From: Mobula birostris
Lineage: Eukaryota
Reading direction: 5' to 3'
NCBI RefSeq assembly: GCF_030028105.1
Contig: NC_092371.1
Span: forward strand, 213,402,031 to 213,466,030
DNA: 64,000 nt
Positions 25,572 through 37,017 of this stretch are shown here, one piece after another. The stretch's first letter is position 1; every line of letters starts with the position of its first letter. Made by a program: the position numbers and the translations under genes. The notes beneath the pieces were generated by a model. That model searched no databases. It saw only the letters and a list, made by a program, of their open reading frames with translations, and was not told the DNA's origin.

Positions 25572-27104
25572 CAGTGCCTATGAAAAATATTCACTCCTCT
25601 TGGAAGTTTTCATGTTTTATTGCTTTACAATATTGAATCAGAGTGGATTTAATTTGGCTTTTTTTGGACACTGATCAACAGGAAAAGACTCTTTGATGTT
25701 GAAGTGAAAACAGATCTCTACAAAGTGATCTAAATTAATTACAAATATAAAGCACAAAATAATTGATTGCGTAAGTATTCACCCCCTTTAATATGACTCA
25801 CCAAATTATCACTGGTGCAGCCAGTTGGTTTCAGAAGTCACATAATTAGTTAAATGGAAATCACCGTGTGCAGTCAAGGTGTTTCAATTGATTGTAGTAA
25901 AAATACACCTATATCTGGAAGGTCCAACTGCTGGTGAGTCAGTATCCTGGCAAAAACTACACCATGAAGATAAAACAACATTCCAAGCAACTCCACGAAA
26001 CGGTTATCGAAAAGCACAAGTCAGGAGATGCGTACAAGAAACTTTCCAAGTCAGCGAATATCCCTTGGAGTACAGTTAAGTCAGTCATCAGGAAATAGAA
26101 AGATTATGGCACAGCTGTAAATCTGTCTAGAGCAGGCCGTCCTCAAAAACTGAGTGACCGTGCAAGAAGGGGACTAGTGAGGGAGGCCAACAAGAGACAA
26201 ATGATAACTCTGGAGGAGTTACAAGCTTCAGTGGCTGAACTGGGAGAGGCTGCACATACAACAACTGTCGCCCGGGTGCTTCATCAATTGCAGCTTTATG
26301 GGAGAGTGGCAAAGAGAAAGCCACGTTGGAAAAAAAAACTCACATGAAATCTTGGCTAGAGTTTGCCAGAGGCATGTGGAAAACTCTGAAGTCAGCTGGA
26401 AGAAGGTTTTATGGTCTGATGAAACTCAAACAGAGCTTTTTGGCATAAGCCAAACACCGCACATCATCAAAAACACACCATCCGTACCATGAAGCATGGT
26501 GGTGGCTACATCATGCTGTGGGGATGCTTCACTGCAGCAGGCCCTGGAAGGCTTGTGAAAGTAGAGGGTAAAATGAATGCAGCAAAATTCAGAGAAATCC
26601 TGGAGGAAAATCTGATGCAGTCTGCATAAAGCTAAAGCTACACAAGAATGGCTTAAAAGCAATAAAGTTAATGTCCTGGAGTGGCCAAGTTAGACCTCAA
26701 TCCAATTGAGAATTTGATGCTGAATTTGAAAAGGGCTGTTCATTCATGTTCCCCAAGCAACCTGACAGAGCTTGAGCAGTTTTGTGAAGAAGAATGGGGG
26801 AAAATTGCAGTGTCCAGATGTGTAAAGCTGACAGAGACTCAAGGCTGTAATTGTTGCCAAAGGTGCATCTACTAAATATTAACTTGAAGGGGGTGAATAC
26901 TTATGCAATCAATTATTGTGTTTTATATGTGTAATTAATGTAGATCACTTTGTAGAGATCTGATTTTATTTTGAAATGTAAGAGTCTTTTTCTGTTGATC
27001 AGTGTAAAAAAAAGCCAAATTACATCCTCTGTGATTTCATGTTGTAAAACAATAAACATGAAAACTTCTGGGGGGGGGGGAGCGAATACTTTTTATAGAC
27101 ACTG
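25572..27104 (+). mobile_element. Tc1-family (IR/DR-type) DNA transposon with a decayed transposase at 25964-26882
   Basis: TA|cagtgcctatgaaaaatattc ... gaatactttttatagacactg|TA; inverted repeats of about 220 bp with inner repeats. Transposase remnants GRPQKL, WKKVLWSDET, KHGGGYIMLWGCF, LNPIENL, KGASTKY*, with stops, frameshifts and deletions. Confidence 0.95.
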
Positions 27105-27379
27105 TATGTCTTGCAATATTGTAGTAATATTGAGTAATAAGTATTCAAAAAACACTATGATTATGATAGTCTAGACTTAGAAGCTGAAATGAACCGAAGC
27201 TAAAAGATCTAATTGTAATAACCTATTAAAAGTGATTTGGTATAAATCCAGCATTCTATTGCTATTTATATTGGTCATCTGTAATACCAGTGCAAAGATC
27301 AGAGGATTAGTAACCATGGCTAAAAGTAAAATTGAAGTGTCTCCTTTTATTTTGTTATTGAATAGTCTGATTAAATTTT

Positions 27380-27505
27380 AAACACGATATTCTACAGATG
27401 CTGGAAATCCACAGTACACACATAAAGTGCTGGCAGAGCTCAGCATGTCAGGCAGCATCAATGAAGAATGAAGAATCAATATTTCGGGCTGAGACCCTGA
27501 TCAGA
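27380..27505 (-). mobile_element. Penelope pLTR fragment
   Basis: tctacagatgctggaaatcc...ggcagcatc...atttcgggctgagaccct. Confidence 0.7.
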
Positions 27506-27669
27506 AATAAATGGATTAAATTGAGTGTTTGAGTAATCAATTGCACTGTACCATTGATGGAATAAGAGAAAGGTGTAATAATCTGGTCATTGTCTTCATT
27601 TTGTACATGAATTACAGAATTTCGACTTCGGAGAAGTCACATTTACAGTACATTGGCTTAACACCAACA

Positions 27670-29228
27670 GAACGTGGCGGTATCCTCCTGAACTCCCAGA
27701 GCCCCCGATGACTCTATGATTTCAGTCTCTGAGGTCAACGTGAGAACATCCTTCAGGAGGGTGAATCCACAGAAAGCAGATGGTATACCTGGCTGAGTAC
27801 TGAGGACCTGTTGTAATCAATTGGCTTGTTTATTGATATCGTTAACCTCTCAGTTTGGCAGTCCGAGGTACCCACCTGCTTCAGTCAAGCCGGCGCTCAA
27901 AAAGAGCATGGTAACCTGCCTCAATCCAGAAGCATGTTTTGAGTGGTTGGTGGGGTGGAACATATCAACTCCTGCCTGAGGAGGGACTTGAATCCATACC
28001 AATGTGCCTACTGTCACAACAAGTCAACAGCAGATGCCACTTCATTGGATCTACACTCAGCTCTGGAACACCTGGACAGTGAAGATACCTCACCAGAATG
28101 CTCCGCATTGACTACAGCTCAGCATTCAATGCTATCATCCCCTCAAAACTAATCAGTAAGCTCCAAGACCTTAGGCCTGTATACCTCCTTGTGCAACTGG
28201 ATCTTCAATTTCCTCAATTGCAGATCCCAATGCCTGTGGATTGGCAACATCATCTTCTCCATAATCATCATCAGCACGGGAGCATCATAAGGCTGTTTGC
28301 TCTACTCGCTGTATACCTATGACTGTGAGGCTCAGTACAGCTCCAATGCCATAGTTAAGTTTGCTGACGCCACCAATGTTGTTGACCGAATCAGAGATGG
28401 TGAAAAATCATCATGTAGAAGGGAGACAAAAAGTCTGCCAAAACAACAACCTCTCACTCAACACCAGCAAAACCAAAGAGCTGGGTATTGACCACAGGAG
28501 GTCCATGAGCTAGTCCTTAATAGGGGATCAGAAGTGGAGAGGACAGTAACTTTAAATATCTTGGCGTTATCATATCAGAGGATCTTTCCTGGGACTAGTG
28601 CATAAGTGCCATCACAAAGAAGGCAAGACAACACCTCTTCTTTTTTGGAGGTTTGCATAGATTCTACATGTCATCTAAAATTTTGACAAACTGCTATGGA
28701 TGCACAGTGGAGGCACCTTGACTGGTTGAATCATGGCCTGATGTGGGAACACCAATGCCCAAGAATGGGAAAGCCTCCAGTCCAGTCCATCACAGGGAAA
28801 GCCCTCTTCACCACTGAGCACATCAACAAGGAGTGCTGCAGCAACAAACCATCCAGAGCTCCCATCATCTAGGCCACGTGCTGTTGCCATCTGGAAGGGG
28901 ATACAGGAGTCTTAGCTCCCACACCCCCAAGTTCACAAACAGTCGTTACCTTCAACCATCAAGCTCCTGCACCAGCATGGATAATTTCAGTCATCTCATC
29001 TCTGAATGGATAGCATAACCTATGGACTCTACAACTCACATTGTCAATATTATTATTATTGTTATTTGTATTTGCAGCCTTCCTTTGCACTTCGGTTCTT
29101 TGTCAGTCTTTGTGTGTAGTTTTTCATTCATTCTATTGTATTTACTGTGAATGTCTGCAAGAAAGTGAATTTCGCTTTCTTGCAGGCATTCACAATACCT
29201 TGATAATAACTTTACTTTGAACTTTGAG
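27670..29228 (+). mobile_element. Rex1/Babar LINE, degenerate
   Basis: LDLHSALEHLD, IDYSSAFNAIIPSKLISKL, LYSLYTYDC..KFAD, LLPSGRGYRSL; actttgaactttg tail. Confidence 0.88.
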
Positions 29229-30050
29229 ATGATTAGCTACTTTGCAGAATTCTTGGTGGATAAGAATCCTCAGTGAATGAGGAAGAGTGATGGGACTATG
29301 GTTCCTTCATTAGGTGCATTGGTATATTGTATTTTTAATCATTGTTAATCTTTAATTACATGACTGTACACCTGAGTGTTTTTGAATTTGTATAAACTTT
29401 CACTGAGATCACCTGTAGCAAGAAACTTTGAAGTTGATCATAACCCTTGCCCCTTCATTCATAAATGTTAAATAGCTGGACCAGCCTAAGGTTGACTTCG
29501 ATGTATGGGATGATCTCTGCAGGCTAGATGTTCCTGGTCAAAAAACTAGAAGAGAATTGTTCACTAATAAAGGAGATACAATTCTCTCACAATTTGTTTC
29601 TGTAGAGCAGTAGACTTTAAATTTGCCCTTTATAAATAAGTATTCTTAAGTATAAAGACTGAGGAGCATGTTGCATACTATGTTGTACATTTTGTTAAAT
29701 TGGAGTGAGTTCATCAAAACTATTGTGTTACATCTCTCTGCATTTCCTTAATCACTCCATGCTGCCTCTGTAAGTTTGTAAACTACAGCCTACGTCCACT
29801 CTTCACAGCCACAAATTCAATCTGGTATCTTCCTCAGTTATGGAGCTGTGGTGGGAATACTGCCAAATGGCACCCTCAGCAAGAATGGAGTTTTAATGTC
29901 AATGGAAAGTTCCATTTTCACTGCCGCTCTGACTTCAGATTTGTTTCAAATTAAAACAAATCATGTAAAAGGTGTAAAGCACTTAATGGAACACAAGCTG
30001 TTGGTAAAATCTCCTGCCTCCTGATAAGCAGTTTGATGTTGGCTTGGATT

Positions 30051-30150
30051 TAGGTGATATTGATTCAGGATGTTGGAAACTGTTACAAAATTTCATTTGT
30101 AATTTTAGAATTCCCTAGCAGTTTCCAACATCCTGTATCAATATCACCTA
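30051..30150. repeat. 100-nt inverted repeat or hairpin (35-bp arms, 30-nt loop)
   Basis: taggtgatattgattcaggatgttggaaactgtta versus the reverse complement of tagcagtttccaacatcctgtatcaatatcaccta: 33/35 identical. Confidence 0.93.
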
Positions 30151-31024
30151 CTTTGCACCTGCCTCCTTCATCCACTGAGCCCAAATCAGAAATTCCGGTG
30201 CAGTAATGTGAATATATGTTTAAGATTCAAAGCATGGAAAAATGGTGAATTCAGTGGTATAAAATTTGTTATTTTGGCAACTGACACATGCTTTTTTTAT
30301 AAGTCGATTTGTAATTGTAGGGAAATGCATATTAATCGTGATTTGATCCTACTATGTAAGTTATGTAATATTTTAAGGGCTAGGTATTCACTGTTTTTTT
30401 TCTCCTAAATTTCAAAATGCAAGTTTAAGTTTGTTTGCTGAATAAAGATTAAACCAGTACTAATGCCTCAGAAAACCTGGTGATTGAAGTTAACATTGGA
30501 ATGACTAGATGCTAATCTTTTAGTAATCTATGTTTCGTTCCTTTCTCAACCATTATAGTACATCTTCAAAAGTGAGCTAGCTCCTTTTCTTAGTGCTTAA
30601 TTATGCTAATCCACTGAGAATGGAAGTGTTTTCTATGAGACATAGAGACTGAGTAAATAATGGATTATCTTGTTGGCAGTCCTCCCAAATACAGGTATCA
30701 GCACTAAAAGTGAGCATTTGCGCAGAATGTTGCATTGGAGGGTGCTTTTTTTCTCAGTGAATTGGAATCCTAATAATATAATAAAATCGTGTTTTCACTT
30801 CATTTGTTGCTGCTGGGGGCAGACTGCAGAGTTACTCATGGGATGTTATTCATAACATGTTTAAGTTCAGTAAATGATTCAGGCAATGAATTTGCTTAAT
30901 ATTTAACCAATTGCTTTATTTTAGGGTAAATTGCAATTTTAAAAGTGTGAAAGATTACAATTCTACACCACTGGAGTTTTTCATTTGTGACTATAATAAA
31001 TATTAACATGCAGTCCTTCTGCAG

Positions 31025-31129
31025 GGATGACTGGCCACGCAGAAGTAGTGCGAGTTGTGTACCAGCCAGAGAAAATCTGCTTTGAAAAATTGCTCAAGGT
31101 CTTCTGGGAGAGCCATGACCCAACACAAG
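31025..31129 (+). CDS. msra: Methionine sulfoxide reductase A, internal coding exon (vertebrate exon 4 equivalent)
   Basis: Acceptor ttctgcag| and donor |gtacag; 105 nt, phase 1/1. Translates (G)[34 protein letters not shown](G), with the MsrA TGHAE and HDPTQ motifs. Length matches my recollection of the mammalian exon. Confidence 0.97.
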
Positions 31130-33489
31130 GTACAGTAATGAATAGACCAGCTCCTCATTATATTCCTAATTACTGCTGTGGTAATTAGTGTTTCAGTAAC
31201 ATGTTTCAAGTGAACCTTGAAACCACACGTGGTCCAAACATCGAAGAAGGCAAAAAAAAAGATGGGCAGAGATTCTTTGTAAAACTGAGTCAATTGAACC
31301 AGAAAAATATTATGATTCTTCAACTCAGAGGAATTAGCGTTGCTTTGACAAAATCCTGTCCACTGGGAGTCAGTAACAGTCTGCAGCATGTTTTATTTTT
31401 GCATTCCCAATTGTAATAGAATGTGGGGTGATACACAATATGGAAAGAGATGACAAATTTTTCACAACTGGAATTTGTGCTTATCTGTGACAAAACCAAA
31501 TAACCTTTGCTTTTACTTACCACCTTGTAAACTTTTTATAGTGGGTTACTGGGTGTGGGGATGATGGTGAAAGGTGTTGCTGGTGATAATTGGATTTCCA
31601 ATTCAGTTATCAAGTAGTGCTCCAATTATCTTCATATTAAAAACAACAGTGGAACAAAAGTGAATTGTTAGAATGTAAAATTATGGAATTTTATTAAATC
31701 TTAATCCAGGCAACTCGCCATAGTTTTCTTTTTAAATGCAGTTTCTTTTGTATTCTTGGAAATTTTCCTAAACTGGGAAGAGGCTTAAAATGAATTGACT
31801 AAACTTTGGCTTTACAAGTGTAGAGGTGCCAAAGAATTTAAATGGAGGTGATTCACTATCCTTTCTTCAACCAACCAATTTGGGTATTCTTCCTCCAAGG
31901 ATAATGTGTTAGAAATATACTAGAGGTTTAAAAATATTTATTTAAATTAGTGTGCTATGTTAGTTATATTTTTTCTCCCATTACTGAGTGCCCTAATCCT
32001 TGATTTACTTCAGAGTAAGTATGATATGCTGCTTAGACATGCTTATCAAGGAGGAAGGTCTCTTTTGCAGCAGATTTTAAAGGTTAATTCAACACAGACT
32101 GGTTAATTGCTGGTGTGAGCATTCATGACTTCTTAACCCTTTTTCATGCTTTTTCAGCAATTTAATTCTCAGATTCAAAGACAACTATTTACAGTGCTAC
32201 TTCTTTCGGCCTCTTTTGTTATAGTTTTCCTTTAGCCGTTGGTGCTGCACAGGGTTTTCTTCGGACTCGGAGGACGCTGAGGAGCAGCCAAATTGGCAGG
32301 AGAGAGCATGGCGAAGTGAAGGGAGAGGGTGGAGAGAAGAACGGCTTTGGAAATCTTATCAATGTTTACCTTTAAGAAACAATTCTTTCAAAAACTTAAA
32401 GGGCAATGCATTTATTTCTAAAAGTAGAACATCACTGCTGCAGCTGTTGCTCAGAGCATTTAGAAAGACAAGAACAATGTGGTTAGTTAGGGCTGCCATG
32501 TTGACGAGGATGCTTTTTTTTAAAATGTCTAATTTCAGAGTGCAGTCTGTGATCACTTAGTTTGCAGCATACCATTGCTTCAAGATAGTCCTCAGTTCTC
32601 TGAAGCAAAGAGGAACATCCACATCGTCTTTCCATTGACAGAGTAAAGCAGGACATTGCCGTTGTGTCAGTGCAAACTTCCTTAATCCAAAGGTGTAGCA
32701 CATATCGAACGTTTCCCAGCAAGATCCTGGCATCAATTGAAATGAAATGCAAATTCTACCAGATTTGTGATCGTAAACTGTGTGCCATGGAGGTCTCTGC
32801 CTGTTTCTGGTAGCAGTCTTACTGTGTCACTTGAACAGTACAATCAAGTTCCTGGCTCACTGCTGGTTACCTAGGGCTGTCCTTTTCATGTTTAATATGT
32901 GTGCTATCAGAAAGCTGGCACGGCTGCGGAGCTGGACAACAAAGGAGGTGATCCTGCCTCGAGGTAGGCTGTGCTCTAGGAACATGTTGCTCAGGATACT
33001 TTGGTTGATGATTTGCAATAGGGCCCTGAACAGAGAATGCAGGTTTTTAAATTATCTGCTTGCATGCCCCATCATTTTACCATCACGTTTGCTTGCCTTC
33101 TCCACCACCAAGGCAGTGAAAGGTGTAGCAGACATGGTATAGACACCAGTACCTTTTAGTTGTAAGTGTTTTTCGATAGCTGCATGTGTTCTGTACACCC
33201 ATAGTTCTCAGGATACTTTCTGTATGTTCAACATGGGTTTTGCTGTCATTTAAAAATTCGTATTAACAGCAAATCCAGAACAGAATTTAATTTTGTCGAA
33301 AGATGCCTTTCCACACATGCTTGGTAGAAATGTTTAAGGATCACCATTGTGCAGTTTCCTTTTGCCTTCTGCTGTTCATATTCCCTCACCCTAGTCCTCT
33401 ACAAAGCTCCATCTCAGAAATTTCACTTGGGAGATGAAACTTCCTGGGCTCCCAAAGGGGATACATCTGATAGCGATGGTGGGCAAACC

Positions 33490-34070
33490 GGCTGCGCAGT
33501 AGCGTAGTGGTTAGCACAACACTTTACAGTACCAGCGACCCGGGTTCAATTCCGACTGCTGTCTGGTAGGAGTTCTCCCCGTGACTGCGTGGGTTTCCTC
33601 CGGGAGTAACAGTTTCCTCCCACAGTTTGTACTAGTTGGTTTGTTAATTGGTCATTAGTGTGTTGGCGCGTGGCCAAGTGGTTAAGGTGTCGGTCTAGTG
33701 ATCTGAAGGTCGCTAGTTCGAGCCTCAGCTGAGGCAACGTGTTGTGTCCTTGAGCAAGGCACTTAACCACACATTGCTCTGCGACGACACCGGTGCCAAT
33801 CTGTATCGGCCCTAATGCCCTTCCCTTGGACAACGTTGGTGGCGTGGAGAGGGGAGACTTGCAGCATGGGCAACTGCCAGTCTTCCATACAACCTTGCCC
33901 AGGCCTGCGCCCTGGAAATCTTCCAAGGTGCAAATCCATGGTCTCACAAGACTAACGGATGCCTATAATCTATAATAAGTTGGTCATTGTAAATTGTTAA
34001 ATCATATCAACTAGGTTAAATTGAAAGTTGCTAGGCAGCACCACTCGAAGGGTGCTATATCCCAATAAAT
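33490..34070 (+). mobile_element. HE1/V-SINE interrupted by a younger SINE
   Basis: gcgcagtagcgtagtggttagcac head, ggttcaattcc B box, ttctccccgtgactgcgtgggtttcctccggg V core; resumes at 33980 with ttggtcattgtaaattg. Confidence 0.85.
33657..33979 (+). mobile_element. tRNA-headed SINE with RTE-like tail and 9-bp TSD
   Basis: TSD ttggtcatt at 33648-33656 and 33980-33988. Head gtggccaagtggttaagg...agttcgagcc; tail catggtctcacaagactaacggatgcctataa. Confidence 0.85.
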
Positions 34071-34409
34071 ATATAACTAAACCATTATGGGTCCTGGTGA
34101 CAGGATGGAATGCCAGTGTGGGTTGACTAATCATTCAGTACGAAAAATCATTAACAACTCATTAACTGAAACATATGTGAGATTGGGCCTTGTACTAAAA
34201 AACCACAAATCAAAGTTCTCTGCAATCTTTCCCACGACAATGAGGCCCTGAAAAACATGAACAATTTCCCATCTATTGGGAGCCATTTTAAACAAAGGCA
34301 AACACTTGCAATTGAATGGCTCTGTTTCTTGTCATTGTATTCTTGTCAGAGCTTTATTGCTCATCTCGTAGTTTTGCATGAGTATATATAGGGTATAATC
34401 TTTTTCATT

Positions 34410-34494
34410 ATGCTGCCTGGCCTGCTGCGTTCACCAGCATTTTTTGTGTGTGTTGCTTGAATTTCCAGCATCTGCAGATTTCCTCGTATTTGTG
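34410..34494 (+). mobile_element. 85-bp Penelope pLTR 3' piece with 13-bp TSD
   Basis: TSD aatctttttcatt at 34397-34409 and 34495-34507. Confidence 0.85.
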
Positions 34495-35597
34495 AATCTT
34501 TTTCATTGCGTTGTTTCCTCTCAGAGCTGAAGGCACAGGGAAGTCTGTTTTCTCTTCATACATTTCACTAACTTCATTGTCAACACCTCACTGCAACTCC
34601 TAAATCATCCAAAACTTGAATCCAAAATGATTGTTATGTAATACTGTTTATGTTGTTTTGAATTGGATTTGATTTTGCTTGGGTAGCTTGGCCGCAGAAC
34701 AATGAAATCACCCAGACAGAATTCTGGCACGGTAACGTGGCTTGTTGCAATACTTCAGATTTCCATTTTGGCTGGGATAGTCTATTGACCCGTACAAAGC
34801 AAACTTCAAAAGGTCTGTTGGCTTTCCTAGGAATTTATTAAGCTGCTTAAGTTTACGCAGAGAGCCACGTGCTCTGTTAGTGCTTCACAAATATTGGGGT
34901 TAACTGGGATCTTGTCACCAGTGAAACTGGCTTCAAGTGTACACATGCTAACTGCACTTTGCTTAGCTAGGCATGATTCAGGTTGGTTGTATTACGGTTT
35001 AATCAACATAAGTCTGAGCAGGTACCAGTTTCAAATCAGCACTGCTTGTTTATCAAGGCTGGAGAATTGTTTCTTCAAGCATTTCCTTTTGGTGACATAT
35101 ATTAACATATATTTGCATTCCTCGGGAGAAACTAAACCTAGAATTTTCTTGGAGAAGTGTATGAACAGTTCCAAATTGGTACCTTTAAAAATCTAGCTTA
35201 AATATACATTATTAAATTAAATTAAATGTAGCCTCACAAAGGACAGTATATTACTGCAAAATATGCTGTTGTGTCAGCCAAAATTGTACCTTTACTTAAA
35301 AAGATGGGTCAGATAAATTGCTAATTGGGTTCTCAGTTGATCAGTTGGTTTGAAGAAAAGGCAATACGTACCTTTTGACAAGTGCGTTCAGTACAAATAG
35401 TATTTTTTAAGCAGATCACCAATCACAATAAAATTATTTCTCTATTCATTTTTATTAAAATATTTTTGTTTCTCAAAGATTTCTTTAACTTAACATCTTA
35501 AGTTTACATTTAGTCACAGTAAGCATCAAGAACACATGCTTTCTATTAATATTTCATAATTAACAGCACTCAACTATAGACAACATGTTAATTGTTA

Positions 35598-35803
35598 GCA
35601 ACACACACAGAATGCTGGAAGAACTCAGGAGGCCAGGCAGCATCTATGGAAAAGAGTTCAGTTGACATTTTGGGCTGACACCCTTCGGCAGGACTGGGAA
35701 CGTCGACTGCACTCTTTTCCACAGATGCTGCTTGGCCTGTTGAGTTCCTCCAGCATTTTGTGTGTTGTTTGGATTTCCAGCATCTGCAGATTTTCTCTTG
35801 TTT
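35598..35803. mobile_element. Head-to-head inverted Penelope pLTR pair with 13-bp TSD (1 mismatch)
   Basis: Flanks atgttaattgtta (35585-35597) and atgttcattgtta (35804-35816); the left half is the reverse complement of the right half. Confidence 0.85.
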
Positions 35804-35922
35804 ATGTTCATTGTTAATCCATTTTGCTCACCAAGCATTCATTATTAACTGCAAAAGATATATTACAGTGCTGTTACACACTGAAACCTGCAAATGTATC
35901 AGCCTATGTTTTTGATGTGCAG

Positions 35923-36029
35923 GTATGCGGCAAGGAAACGATGTTGGCTCTCAGTACCGGTCAGTCATTTATCCGTACACCAAGGAGCAGATGGCTGCGG
36001 CTCTGAAATCTAAAGAAGTCTTTCAGGAG
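35923..36029 (+). CDS. msra: Methionine sulfoxide reductase A, internal coding exon (vertebrate exon 5 equivalent)
   Basis: Acceptor gatgtgcag| and donor |gtactg; 107 nt, in frame with the previous exon. Translates (G)[35 protein letters not shown], with the MsrA RQGNDxGxQYRS motif. Confidence 0.97.
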
Positions 36030-36359
36030 GTACTGTGGTTAAAAGCTTAGAGGGAGATTATTTTCTTTAAATGGTTTGAAGTTTGTCTGTTTTGAAATAG
36101 CACAAAAGATTTCTGATGTTTATGAGATCCCGTGGCTGTGGGAGTAGAAATATCAATGTAGAGCTGGAATTAGCAGCCATTTTTATAGTCAGTTTGGTTA
36201 TAAATCTGAGATGGTGGTGTTTCTTCTTGCAATTTTATTCATTATTATCTTTTGGCCTATGTATTTTGCATTCATAAAGGTAAAGTGCTTGAGAACGGCA
36301 AAGACAGATCTGGAAATCCGAAATGTGATTTTGAAATTTCAAATCCTGTTTCCTCCTAC

Positions 36360-36545
36360 GTCCATGCAGGAGTAGGCCCTTCCAGCCTCTTGAGCGGCGT
36401 CGCCCCAGCAACCCCCAACCGTCCCGATTTAACCCTAACCTAATCAAGGGGCAGTTTCCTCCTCACAGAGGACTCTGGGATTGAACGCTGAACTCTGAAC
36501 TCTGAACTCTGAGCTGTAATAGTGTTGTGCTAACCCTGCCACCCT
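36360..36545 (-). mobile_element. HE1/V-SINE fragment, internally deleted
   Basis: caggagtaggcccttccagcc...ccctaacctaatca...gagctgtaatagtgttgtgctaacc. Confidence 0.6.
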
Positions 36546-37017
36546 TTTTAGATGATAGAATGAAGATTCTAGCTGGTTGTTGCGTTTGAATAAAATAAAG
36601 CAGTAACATAGAGCTTGGTATTGAAAATTGATATTATACAAATGAATCTAAATATGATATCCAAAATGTTATCTCAGCTGTAACACCAGAGAAGAATGAA
36701 CATTTATTTTTTGTTTCCTAAAAGCAATTTGTCAGACATTGGTGCTCTAGTGAATTTTTGAACTGAATTGAACAAAATTGCATTTTACCATAATTTAAAT
36801 TTATGCAGCCTGACATTAGTGTATACTCTCTGTGACCCCATCCACTCCACCATTATCTTATCCACAGAAAACACTCAATGAACTTGCAAAGCAAACAAAC
36901 ACCATCACAGTGGTTACCCTGTTGGACAAGTATAGATTGATTAATCCATCTTAAATCCCACCAAAGTTGTTTGAGGATTTGAAATTGCTTTCCAAAATTA
37001 ATAAACTATTTTCAAAG

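Noticed and set aside
1-31024. msra exon 3 (GCFWG), or a selenocysteine variant of it
   Set aside because: No matching reading frame found by eye; it probably lies upstream of the window, so nothing can be said about the catalytic residue.
31003-31389. 128-aa minus-strand ORF overlapping exon 4
   Set aside because: Antisense shadow with no recognisable domain; likely chance.
33665-33735. tRNA gene (also about 2280-2347 on the minus strand)
   Set aside because: The A/B boxes are SINE heads followed by a body and tail and bounded by TSDs; no clean cloverleaf or terminator.
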